DNA from: a virus
Length of the DNA: 64,000 nucleotides
IMG/VR virus record: IMGVR_UViG_3300042555_002918
Location: 32,001-96,000 of that record
Strand: one strand, 5' to 3'
This document shows positions 9,302 to 17,701 of the stretch, in pieces (positions within the stretch are counted from its first letter, which is position 1; every line of letters begins with the position of its first letter). The notes under the pieces are model-generated. The model worked only from the letters and a program-made list of their open reading frames with translations. It did not search any database and was not told where the DNA came from. A program made the translations under genes and the position numbers.

Positions 9302-9741
9302 TTAGCCTTTAGGTGCTTCTTATATCCTTTCCAGAAAAGCTTTCCCTTCTCGCTTTGGTCACTTGATGGTTTAATCGCTAGCCCCTTCTCTCGGGCATGG
9401 TCATACATTGCCGTGGCGACCCCTCTTCGCTGCCACCCATAGTCAGTATGAAGCTTATGTGCCCGGAAACCCTTTCCCCTAGGGTCCTTGTGAAATATTG
9501 CAAATCCTATCCCATGCTGAGGCCCCATTCCCGCTGGGTGCTCCTTAGCATGTTTTACAATCTCACTCCTGGCATAGCTTGTGTCGTCGGTTGAGGCGTC
9601 GGGATGGTAGGCTACTACCATATGGGCTTTTCTGCCTCGGTCAGATGGGTGGTCAATCTCCTGCATGTGGAGAACGGTACCGCTTGGGAGCTTCTCAGGC
9701 AGCCCAAGGCGCTCAACTATGAATTGTAAGAAGGTCTTCAT
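9298..9741 (-). CDS. GNAT acetyltransferase with T4-like capsid-targeting leader
   Basis: MKTFLQFIVE start; acetyl-CoA motif WQRRGVATAMY; QSEKGKLFW; GATAAATA at 9751-9758. Confidence 0.8.
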   Translation of the reverse strand: MKTFLQFIVERLGLPEKLPSGTVLHMQEIDHPSDRGRKAHMVVAYHPDASTDDTSYARSEIVKHAKEHPAGMGPQHGIGFAIFHKDPRGKGFRAHKLHTDYGWQRRGVATAMYDHAREKGLAIKPSSDQSEKGKLFWKGYKKHLKAN

Positions 9742-9783
9742 GACGGGAGGTATTTATCTCCCGTCGAAGACGACCCATTTTAG

Positions 9784-10224
9784 CTACTTGATCCGCTTGC
9801 ATTTCGACCCACACGCCTTTCGGAGCTTTTTCTCCAAGGTAATACGGGCCTTGTTGTCCGCAGTTGCTGCGTTAAGGTTAGCAGTTGCTGCGTTATAGTT
9901 ACCGGTTAAAGCTTGGTGATCTGCCAGGAGGGAGTTATGAGCCCCCATACAGGCATTAAGGTCTTGGTAATCTGCGTAAAGGATGGCTTCGACGGCTGGA
10001 CCATAGAAAACGCTCATCTCGGTTCGGCCATATTGGTTGTGAGTAAACCAGTTGTAATAGTTGTCCGATGCGACAAAGCACCTCGGAACGTAACCAAAAG
10101 TCTGCCCAAATAAATTCCTTTCCGAATCCGTGATGTAGCACCCAGGAGGGATGCCCTCCGACTGAGCTACGGGAGCCCCTATGACGCAGAAAAGGATTGT
10201 GGCAAGAGTAGTGAGCTTTTTCAT
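9784..10224 (-). CDS. Signal-peptide-bearing protein with coiled coil
   Basis: MKKLTTLATILFCVIGAPVAQS signal-like N-terminus; basic Cys-containing C-terminus; AAGGGGG SD. Confidence 0.7.
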   Translation of the reverse strand: MKKLTTLATILFCVIGAPVAQSEGIPPGCYITDSERNLFGQTFGYVPRCFVASDNYYNWFTHNQYGRTEMSVFYGPAVEAILYADYQDLNACMGAHNSLLADHQALTGNYNAATANLNAATADNKARITLEKKLRKACGSKCKRIK

Positions 10225-10330
10225 ATTTCCCCCTTAAATGAGCCGGTAGACCTATGGTAGGGCACCCCAACATTTGAAATCAACGGCGTTTGCGCATATT
10301 GTTTGAAGGCTGATCGCTAAGTCATTGAAA

Positions 10331-10365
10331 GGTAATGTTTGACGATCAAACTTTTTCGTTAGAGT
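10331..10365 (+). promoter_or_regulatory. GGTAATGT-N21-TAGAGT promoter
   Basis: Same motif and spacing as the other copies. Confidence 0.55.
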
Positions 10366-10437
10366 CACTTCGAAACGTATACAATTCCAGGTTTCCCTTA
10401 TTGATAGTTTGAAGGCGGACTGCGTATACTTGACGTT

Positions 10438-11184
10438 ATGACGACACAATGGTTTTTTGCTGACGGAAGAAGCTACGAGGGACAGGCCCCGACGGGTGAC
10501 GCTGCGACGGCTACCATCTCGTACATCGATACATGCCCCCGCTGTAATGGAAGCGGTAGATACCCGTCTATCGCATGGGAGGGGAAATGTTTGAAATGCA
10601 ATACAGCAGGCCGCGTCAAGATTACCGCTAGGATTTTCACCAGCGAAGCACTTTCGCGTTTGCAAGCCTCTAAGCAAAAGCGCCAAGCCGCTAAAGAGGC
10701 AAAGCGTCAGGCAGAGAGAGCCGCAAAGGTAGCTGCACTGGAGGAGACTAAAGCGCAATTCACAGCTCAGAACCCAGGGCTTATTGAGAACTTACGCTCT
10801 CACACGGACTCCTTTGCCACTTCGCTTGTTGAGCAGTTTGACCGAAAAGGTACCCTGACTGCAGCCCAGATAGCTGCGGGACAGCGTAAGATTGATCAGA
10901 TTGCAAATGAGCTTCCAAGCGCTCACCTCGGGACAGTCGGGGAACGCCGAGAGTTTACCCTCACGGTGACTTTTACCAAGCTGTCTGAGGGCCGCTTTTG
11001 TAGTACCTTTATTGCCTTTAAGGACAGCGCAGGAAACCGCGTGACATGGAAGGCTTCCGGCTGCTCAGCCCTCCAGGCGGGTGATGTTGTAACCGGCCTC
11101 GCTACCGTCAAGGAGCACTATGAGTACCAAGGTAAGAAACAGACCGCTATCACACGGGCTCAGTTTAGCCTGAAACGGGAGTAG
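10438..11184 (+). CDS. DnaJ-type zinc finger plus C-terminal OB-fold-like protein
   Basis: CPRCNGSG and CLKCNTAG; HLGTVGER...ATVKEH.EY.G.KQT.ITR; TATACT 7 nt before ATG. Confidence 0.75.
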   Translation: MTTQWFFADGRSYEGQAPTGDAATATISYIDTCPRCNGSGRYPSIAWEGKCLKCNTAGRVKITARIFTSEALSRLQASKQKRQAAKEAKRQAERAAKVAALEETKAQFTAQNPGLIENLRSHTDSFATSLVEQFDRKGTLTAAQIAAGQRKIDQIANELPSAHLGTVGERREFTLTVTFTKLSEGRFCSTFIAFKDSAGNRVTWKASGCSALQAGDVVTGLATVKEHYEYQGKKQTAITRAQFSLKRE

Positions 11185-11209
11185 GCGAGAAATCCGCCGA
11201 GCGCCCTTT

Positions 11210-11467
11210 TTACTCTTCGTCGTCTAGCTTTATGGTATGCACCCCGCGTACTTCTAATATGTCGCGCAAGGTTGTTTCATTTTCGTGCAGGTAATCGCAA
11301 AGCTTTTCAAGAAGCTCTTTCTGCCCCGCCAGGAACGCCTTGTAGAACTCGCCTGTCTTAGATGTGTCCTCGGTAAGCTTGTCGTCTAGCCTAGTCGATG
11401 TCTCATCGACCCAAAACCAAAGGTTTTCGGCGCTTGTGTACTTGTGCTCTTTCCAGTGTCTACTCAT
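11210..11467 (-). CDS. Hypothetical protein
   Basis: 85 aa ORF coupled to the upstream gene. Confidence 0.55.
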   Translation of the reverse strand: MSRHWKEHKYTSAENLWFWVDETSTRLDDKLTEDTSKTGEFYKAFLAGQKELLEKLCDYLHENETTLRDILEVRGVHTIKLDDEE

Positions 11468-11472
11468 GACAA

Positions 11473-11991
11473 TCAGTCCTCATCCTTTGGGTCATACCCC
11501 CACTCGTGAATGGAGTCCCCGTTCGTGAAAACGTGCTTCGCTGGAACTCTCATACTGGCGACTTTGTAATCTCCGTTTAGAGCGCCTTCCCCATGGTCGT
11601 GTGCGTACTCTTTCGAAATAGTGACCCAATCTCCCTTTTGAATCATGTGATGGAGGGGAGACTTGCCGCTCTTCTTAGCTTCCTTGAAAGCGTTTTTATA
11701 GACGTCTGTCGGGATAGCCCGGTGAATCCACACCTTGTCGTCTGGCTTATGTCTCATAGTAGTCACTTTAAAATGAGACTTTGAGTCATACCCATTTCCG
11801 TAATCTGAATAGTACCTAAAGCCTTTATGGGAGTAGAAATCATCCGGGTATGTGCCCTTAGCCGTAACATCGTGCAGGGGTGAGCCATCGGTAGAGTCAG
11901 GTGCGGTATGCTCCCCTCGGTACTCCTTTTCGTTAAGGAATGACCGGATCGCCTCGGCGATAATGTCAGTTTCGGTTCTCTTCTTAGCCAC
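11473..11991 (-). CDS. Leader-bearing protein with putative ART-like domain
   Basis: MAKKRTETDIIAEAIRSFLNE leader; VWIHRAIP...GDWVTISKEYA..HG...EWGY; TATAAATA at 11999-12006. Confidence 0.7.
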   Translation of the reverse strand: MAKKRTETDIIAEAIRSFLNEKEYRGEHTAPDSTDGSPLHDVTAKGTYPDDFYSHKGFRYYSDYGNGYDSKSHFKVTTMRHKPDDKVWIHRAIPTDVYKNAFKEAKKSGKSPLHHMIQKGDWVTISKEYAHDHGEGALNGDYKVASMRVPAKHVFTNGDSIHEWGYDPKDED

Positions 11992-12022
11992 AGAGGGCTA
12001 TTTATAGAGAGCCGATTCTCAT

Positions 12023-12220
12023 CTATTCCTGAACAGCCGGAGGACTAGGTAACTCCATCCAGAAATCGACCCATGAGAGCTCAGACCCAAGGGCTGAGTA
12101 CTTAAAAGCTCCCCCCACAAAGCACACGATCTGAAAGTTCTCCCCAAAGGCTACAAGGTAAGTGCCCCCTTCGGTGGGGTGCGTAGCCCGGTCATCTTTA
12201 TCGAATTTGTTCCAGTTCAT
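12023..12220 (-). CDS. DUF551-like protein
   Basis: MNW...P...YLV...V..WMELPSPP pattern. Confidence 0.65.
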   Translation of the reverse strand: MNWNKFDKDDRATHPTEGGTYLVAFGENFQIVCFVGGAFKYSALGSELSWVDFWMELPSPPAVQE

Positions 12221-12261
12221 ACACCCTCACATGGCCTTGGGAATAAGGTCCTATGTGAGTG

Positions 12262-12296
12262 AGTGTACCTGAGATAGTGACCCGTCGAGCATTACC
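12262..12296 (-). promoter_or_regulatory. GGTAATGC-N21-TACACT promoter
   Basis: Motif with fixed spacing. Confidence 0.65.
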
Positions 12297-12528
12297 CCTT
12301 TGCTAACTGACGCAAGGCTTCACTCTTTGAAAACTCATTAAAACTGTCCCAGTCCTCTCTCAAATAAGTGAGAACGTGGCTTAGGACCTTGGCGTCCTCT
12401 GCTCCGACCACTAGGGAGTGACCTTTGAGTGCCCCACCCTTAGCCACAATCGATTTAATTGATTCGGTGATGTCAGTCAGTACATCATGAACAGTCTCTG
12501 CCGATGGTACGCCAGTCTTCATCTCCAA
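12292..12528 (-). CDS. Hypothetical protein
   Basis: 78 aa; GAGGA SD; GGGAATGT-N21-TACTCT upstream (12557-12591). Confidence 0.55.
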   Translation of the reverse strand: MEMKTGVPSAETVHDVLTDITESIKSIVAKGGALKGHSLVVGAEDAKVLSHVLTYLREDWDSFNEFSKSEALRQLAKG

Positions 12529-12603
12529 TCCTCATAAAGGTAAATCGCCCGAGGGTAGAGTATGAAATGTGAACAATCGGGGAACATTCCCCTATCGAGT
12601 AAA

Positions 12604-13212
12604 TTATTTGGGGAAATATATCCCGATGCCTTCAGCGATGATGTCCTGTTCCGACACGCTGTCTATGGTGAGGCTCTCGTTAACATTGCCCGAGCGAGCG
12701 TTTATCTTATTTAAAAGATTCTTAGCTGCGCCTAAAAGCTTTGGATGAGCTTTATCAAGAATTTGCAACGTCTCCCCTTTCTCTTTGAAATACGTCTTAG
12801 AGAACTTAGGGTCGTGCTTTGCAATAGAATGACTGTTCGAGATAAGGTCCGCAGCTTTCACTGTATGAGCGATGTGACTCCCAGACTTTATCTTGTCATT
12901 ATAGGCGGCTTTCCGCGTTGCCCTATTTCCATCTACCCCAGGCTTACCCCTGTCCGTTAAGGTTTCAACATCGTCCGCAACTCGCTTCCCGAAATGATGA
13001 TGAATCTCATCATAGGTCGTAGGGGTGTCTTCTAAGGTATCATGGAGCCATGCTACGGCCTTGGCGTGCTCAGTTTCCTGTGGAGTATCCGCCATGGACA
13101 TTGCAGCAACGTCCCGTAGGTGATGCCAGTAGGGTTCCCCGGTGTACTTTCTCTTTTGTTCCCCGTGACGCTCGATAGCAAACTGACGGGCTCTTTTTAC
13201 CAAGTCTGACAT
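12604..13212 (-). CDS. HD-domain hydrolase, RelA/SpoT hydrolase (small alarmone hydrolase)-like
   Basis: H..QKRKYTGEPYWHH, AWLHDTLEDT, FGKRVA..V..LTD, VKAADLISN; CATAAATA at 13238-13245. Confidence 0.85.
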   Translation of the reverse strand: MSDLVKRARQFAIERHGEQKRKYTGEPYWHHLRDVAAMSMADTPQETEHAKAVAWLHDTLEDTPTTYDEIHHHFGKRVADDVETLTDRGKPGVDGNRATRKAAYNDKIKSGSHIAHTVKAADLISNSHSIAKHDPKFSKTYFKEKGETLQILDKAHPKLLGAAKNLLNKINARSGNVNESLTIDSVSEQDIIAEGIGIYFPK

Positions 13213-13255
13213 ACACTCTAATCTACTTAGACGAGTGTATTTATGAGGAAGATTT

Positions 13256-13711
13256 CTAATCTTCCCGAGCGGGTACGTGCCTCTTTACAAAGAAGCTATG
13301 CCCTACGTCCTTGGACCCCTCTTCGTCTTTTTCAATATCCGGAACGTGGCTTTTGTGAATCCTCACCACTGCTACCGGTGGAGGGTCATCGTGAGAGTGA
13401 AACAGGTGGTCTTCGACCTTATCGGCCCAGGCCTTCGCCGAGGAGCGACTAGAGAGAAATGCTCTTCCCTTGGAATGAGCCGGATACGCCCCAGCAGTAA
13501 ACATGGACTTTGTGCCAGTTCCGCCCGGCTTTAGCCCATGTTGCACTATGGCCTTTGCCGCCGGTTCACTTGTTGCGTGATACAGGTAGTCATCCTCGTC
13601 ATCGCGGTACTTAAGCGAGTCGTATGGGACAAGCTCAAAGCGGGATTTGGGAGAGGTAGCCTCTGTAAACGTCGATATGGCTTCCGCTAATAGGTCATGG
13701 TCTTTTCCCAT
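13256..13711 (-). CDS. Leader-bearing ADP-ribosyltransferase-fold protein
   Basis: MGKDHDLLAEAISTFTE leader; YLYHATS...AI..HGLKP and AFLS motifs; CATAAATA at 13718-13725. Confidence 0.65.
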   Translation of the reverse strand: MGKDHDLLAEAISTFTEATSPKSRFELVPYDSLKYRDDEDDYLYHATSEPAAKAIVQHGLKPGGTGTKSMFTAGAYPAHSKGRAFLSSRSSAKAWADKVEDHLFHSHDDPPPVAVVRIHKSHVPDIEKDEEGSKDVGHSFFVKRHVPARED

Positions 13712-13783
13712 GAGCCATATTTATGACCGGCGGAAAGAGTACTGGGTCGGCTGAGTACTAAGGTTTTACAAGACGGAGTAACG

Positions 13784-13875
13784 AAAAAGCCAGCCGCCCT
13801 CCCCTCTGACACCGTTCTGCTTCGAGGTGGAGTGCGTGGCAGGAAACGGTAAAAACACCCCCTAGCGGCTGACTG
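13784..13875 (-). ncRNA. Candidate late small hairpin RNA
   Basis: GATAAATA at 13880-13887; AGTCAGCCGC pairs with GCGGCTGGCT followed by TTTT; inner stem ACCGTT/AACGGT. Confidence 0.45.
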
Positions 13876-14013
13876 CAGGTATTTATCACCTACGAAATAC
13901 TGGGAATGTGAGGGGAAAGGTCAACTTTTGTAGAAAAGTAGTGTCTAAGCTGTTAAGCTATGTTTGAAGGCGGACGATAGGCTCTATGTAAGCAGTTTAT
14001 AGCGAGGTTCACT

Positions 14014-14283
14014 ATGGCAAAGCAAGTTTACGCACGAGCGACACAGACTGGGAAGCTCTTCCTTGAGCTTGCAACCGTACACTCAAACGAAACGAGCTTT
14101 AAAGAGACCGCTACCTACCTAGGCGACTATGGCTACGTGATTAACCTTAAACGCGGCATGGACAAGATTCAAACCATCCGCTGCAAGCGCCTTAAGGCCT
14201 TCATCTCAGAGGTCGAAGGGGCCGCAAAGGAGCGCTTTGGGTCTCACTATCGGATTCGCGAATTTGTCCTTATTGGCCACTAA
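14014..14283 (+). CDS. Hypothetical early protein
   Basis: TTAAG-N15-GACGATA and TGTTTGAAGGCGGAC upstream; GAGG SD. Confidence 0.65.
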   Translation: MAKQVYARATQTGKLFLELATVHSNETSFKETATYLGDYGYVINLKRGMDKIQTIRCKRLKAFISEVEGAAKERFGSHYRIREFVLIGH

Positions 14284-14319
14284 CCCCCTTTCTCACGTCT
14301 AGCTTTTAAGAGGTACACC

Positions 14320-14856
14320 ATGGCAACGAACACTCCTTGGGGCAAATCACAAAATTCAACTCAGTTCGCTCGTGGGCTCACCTTCCATACGACCGCCGGG
14401 CACGGTGGGTTCTTGGTTAGTAAGGGCTACGCTGAAAAGCACCTTACCCCAAGTGCCCTTAAACGAGCCGAGGTCTGGGGCGGCTACTATGCCTTCGAGG
14501 AAGATTGCGCCGCTGCAATCGTCGAATTTGAACTCCCCTACACTCGTGTCCTCTACACGAACTTCCAGGAGGTCACCGACGAAAAGGTCTTTAAGACCCT
14601 CTCGCGCTGGTACCCCGACTATCTCATCGAGCGTGGGTTCTCCCCGGAAGCCTCCCTCTACGCTCAGTGGCTTGTCTCTAAAGAAGACCAGAGGCTTAGG
14701 GCTGAGCGCTCCCCGGATCTGATTGTCTGTGCCGAAGGCGTTGATTCCAACACTGTCCGGGTCACAACGGCAGACCGCAAGGAGCACCTGGTTACCTATG
14801 AATCATACCAGCGCCGCGAAGGCCTAAACCTTCTTTCAAAGTGTGTATTAGCCTAA
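14320..14856 (+). CDS. DUF7007-like protein
   Basis: TPWG.......A.GL....TAGHGGF and FEEDC motifs. Confidence 0.7.
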   Translation: MATNTPWGKSQNSTQFARGLTFHTTAGHGGFLVSKGYAEKHLTPSALKRAEVWGGYYAFEEDCAAAIVEFELPYTRVLYTNFQEVTDEKVFKTLSRWYPDYLIERGFSPEASLYAQWLVSKEDQRLRAERSPDLIVCAEGVDSNTVRVTTADRKEHLVTYESYQRREGLNLLSKCVLA

Positions 14857-14862
14857 AGGGAG

Positions 14863-15156
14863 ATGAATATGAGTAAGTACATAAACGTTCACGTTAATAG
14901 CACCCTCTTCCTTGACGCTAAGCACGCTGGGCGAATCGACCACGTGAAATACCGGGAACTGGATAGGACCCCGAGTGCAGGGAAGGCTTTTCAGTTTAGG
15001 AGCAAAGTGGCTGCTCTCAACTTCATAAATGCCCTTGTCGCCTTTGCCACTGACTACCCTTCGACGGTCACCGACCCCGCCTGTAACGGGCATAGGTGGA
15101 TATACGACTTAGGGAATACCCATGGGTTTAAGATCGACTTTCCGACTCACCGGTAA
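14863..15156 (+). CDS. Hypothetical protein
   Basis: GGGAG SD, in operon. Confidence 0.6.
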   Translation: MNMSKYINVHVNSTLFLDAKHAGRIDHVKYRELDRTPSAGKAFQFRSKVAALNFINALVAFATDYPSTVTDPACNGHRWIYDLGNTHGFKIDFPTHR

Positions 15157-15247
15157 AGAAAGTTGAAAAATTCCAAGATTCCCCTATTCAGCTATGTTTG
15201 AAGGCTGACGATACTTATTCTTACAAGGGCAAAGGATAAGGAGCACT

Positions 15248-15742
15248 ATGTACCAGTACAAAATCCGAGGTATCAGCGACGACCAGACAGAGTGCGATTG
15301 CTGTGGGCGCAAGGGCCTTAAGCGCACGGTCGCTCTTGAAGTGTTCAAAGATGGGGAGTCGCTCCTGGAAGTTACTCGCGTAGGGGTCGACTGCGCAAGT
15401 GTGCTTTTGTCCAGGTCAGGAAAGCCCAAGTCGGCCCGTGCCATTAAGGCTGAAGCGGAGGCCTTAAAGTCCCACGAGGAGCGCCAAAAGGAGATGCTTG
15501 AGCAGGGCTACCAATGGAAGCTCCAGAACAGGATCTCGTCCGATAAGGGCCAGGCGAACCTCTCCTACCATCGCCAATGGAAGACTCCCGATTACCGTAA
15601 CGCCGACACGGGCGTACTGCTTACGGACGGTGTGTCCTATGCACGAATCCCAAGTGACTCGACTCCAGTTCAACCGGAGAGCCCTGAAGGGAGATTCATA
15701 CGGGAGCTTTCAGCTAGGGGCTTTGCTCCGGTAGAGGGATAA
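15248..15742 (+). CDS. Putative zinc-binding protein
   Basis: CDCCGRKGLKRTV...GVDCA; AAGGAG SD; TTCAG-N15-GACGATA upstream. Confidence 0.7.
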   Translation: MYQYKIRGISDDQTECDCCGRKGLKRTVALEVFKDGESLLEVTRVGVDCASVLLSRSGKPKSARAIKAEAEALKSHEERQKEMLEQGYQWKLQNRISSDKGQANLSYHRQWKTPDYRNADTGVLLTDGVSYARIPSDSTPVQPESPEGRFIRELSARGFAPVEG

Positions 15743-15760
15743 CAACAAAAGGAGATATGT

Positions 15761-16006
15761 ATGACAGTTGAACGACTTGTGCTCTCGCTCGATATCCCAG
15801 TGCGCCTTCAGATAGTAGCCTGGGTCACTATCACTGAGGCTCAAGCGTACATTAAAGCATGTAAGACTGAAGCCCCAGAGCTCCCAACGGAAAGGGCAGC
15901 ATACGACTTTTTAAAGATCATAAGCGCCCTCTCCATGCCAAGTGAGGATTACCGAAAGGTGAAAGACTTTCTATTTGCCGATAGTGAATTACTCGCCGAT
16001 GCGTGA
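15761..16006 (+). CDS. Hypothetical protein
   Basis: AAGGAG SD. Confidence 0.6.
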   Translation: MTVERLVLSLDIPVRLQIVAWVTITEAQAYIKACKTEAPELPTERAAYDFLKIISALSMPSEDYRKVKDFLFADSELLADA

Positions 16007-16011
16007 CGGGG

Positions 16012-17472
16012 TTACTTCTTAGCTCTCTGCCCAGTGGAGATGCCGCGAAATGCGGCATAGGCCCTATTGGAGAGGCGTGCATGACGGGACCTCTTATCCC
16101 CAAGCTCATGGTATCGTGTGTACTCGGGCGTCCCTGGCTTTGCGCCATCGAGCTTGTCCATTTCCCGACCGAGTGAATCGGCTATCTCACTGTGTCGCTG
16201 ATGGACGCTGTAGAGCTTATCCCTAAGGCCGCTTGCCGAACCTGGGTCAGCCGTACCTATTGATTTCCCCGTCGTATAAGAGGGGTGTGAGAGAAAAGAG
16301 GAGTTTCCGTACCAGGCTTCTTTAAGAGCGCCCTTATCGGTTAGGAACTTCTCAACTCGCGTGAGGTGTTGAGAAACGTGACGCCGTCCAGTGCGCTTAT
16401 CCTTGATGGTGTATTTGAAATCTTTGCCTGGATCGGCTTTGGGTCTGGCCTCAATTTCATAATCGGGATGGTCAAATCGGTACACGCCACTAAGTCCATC
16501 TTTTGTCTGGGCTGGGATCTGTTCCGAAAAGCCTAACTTTTTAAGCCGTGCTTTGTAGTTTTCCTCGATGAGGGACTCGGTACCTTCGGAGACGGTACCC
16601 TTAGCGTGCTTTTTCACAAGGTCAGATGCCCACGAGACAACCTTCTTGGGAAAGAACTCGGGGTTATCAAATCCGACTCGGTCAGTGTGGGAGTAATGGA
16701 CGGGATAGTCCGATCTCCAATCGTCCGAGAGGTGATAGAAGGAGTGGTTATCCTTAAGCCGGGTCACGTGAGAGAGGGTGTGCTTACCCTTAGTGCCAAG
16801 CTTTACCTTTTTGAAATCCTTAGACGGAAAAGGCTCATGCTCGGATTCCGCAGCCTCACTCAGGCCGCCGTATTGGCTTGCAGCCCGCTTGGCCTTTTCG
16901 ATCTGGTCTTGGGCTTTCTCCTCTGCGTCCTGGTGAGGTCTAACTGAGGCATAACGACTGAGGTTATGTTTGAATTTTTTGAATTGCTTATCAAACTCTT
17001 CCTCATTACCCGCTTCCTTTGCGCGACCGCCCTTGAGCATGTTTTTCATGCTGTTTCTCATGGTCTTTTGCATGATTCGGTTTAACTTGGTGATCTTTGA
17101 GTCACCGATCTGCTCTTGAAGGTGAGTATCGATAGCTTCAGTGATAATGTCACCTTCGCTCTTCTTCGTAGGCACAGAAACGCCCTCTTCAATCTTGTGA
17201 AACTTCTTAACAGCCGCTACGGCCTCGTCATGTGTGTTAAATTCGCCCAGGCGACGGGTAACATAGTGTGAGATGCCATGTTTGCCTTTTCGCTTAGAGA
17301 CGGCGTAGGCATGGTGGCCCTCTCCCTTGTCGGCCATGGTGGTGACATCCACTCGTGGGATGACGTCAACGTGTCCTACAAGGTCCCCGGCCTCTTTCCC
17401 CTTCATGAGAATGGTACGATTGCCGTGAGCTTTGATCTGATTGATGCCCTCTGCGAGTGTCTGCTTTGCCAT
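16012..17472 (-). CDS. Multi-module putative internal head polyprotein
   Basis: 486 aa, K/H-rich; internal leader copy KKSEGDIITEAIDTHLQE; many L/I/V-x-E sites; TATAAATA at 17480-17487. Confidence 0.75.
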   Translation of the reverse strand: MAKQTLAEGINQIKAHGNRTILMKGKEAGDLVGHVDVIPRVDVTTMADKGEGHHAYAVSKRKGKHGISHYVTRRLGEFNTHDEAVAAVKKFHKIEEGVSVPTKKSEGDIITEAIDTHLQEQIGDSKITKLNRIMQKTMRNSMKNMLKGGRAKEAGNEEEFDKQFKKFKHNLSRYASVRPHQDAEEKAQDQIEKAKRAASQYGGLSEAAESEHEPFPSKDFKKVKLGTKGKHTLSHVTRLKDNHSFYHLSDDWRSDYPVHYSHTDRVGFDNPEFFPKKVVSWASDLVKKHAKGTVSEGTESLIEENYKARLKKLGFSEQIPAQTKDGLSGVYRFDHPDYEIEARPKADPGKDFKYTIKDKRTGRRHVSQHLTRVEKFLTDKGALKEAWYGNSSFLSHPSYTTGKSIGTADPGSASGLRDKLYSVHQRHSEIADSLGREMDKLDGAKPGTPEYTRYHELGDKRSRHARLSNRAYAAFRGISTGQRAKK

Positions 17473-17658
17473 AGAGGTCTATTTATAAAGCCCTCTTTGC
17501 CCTGAGCGACCTTTGCAATTTGACGTTTAGCAAATGTACCCACTGTCCCCCTTTGGGTGCATTTGCTCAGTGTGTACGACTAGCGAGAGCGCTCTTTCCC
17601 TACGGAGATCTGTGATTTACGGAATGTAGAAAAGGTCAAATTGGAGGGATCACTAAAG

Positions 17659-17693
17659 GGTAATGCTCTAGCCTTGCCCAGTTTTCGTATCGT
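17659..17693 (+). promoter_or_regulatory. GGTAATGC-N21-TATCGT promoter
   Basis: 8 nt before the methylase ATG. Confidence 0.7.
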
Positions 17694-17701
17694 TTATCGA
17701 T

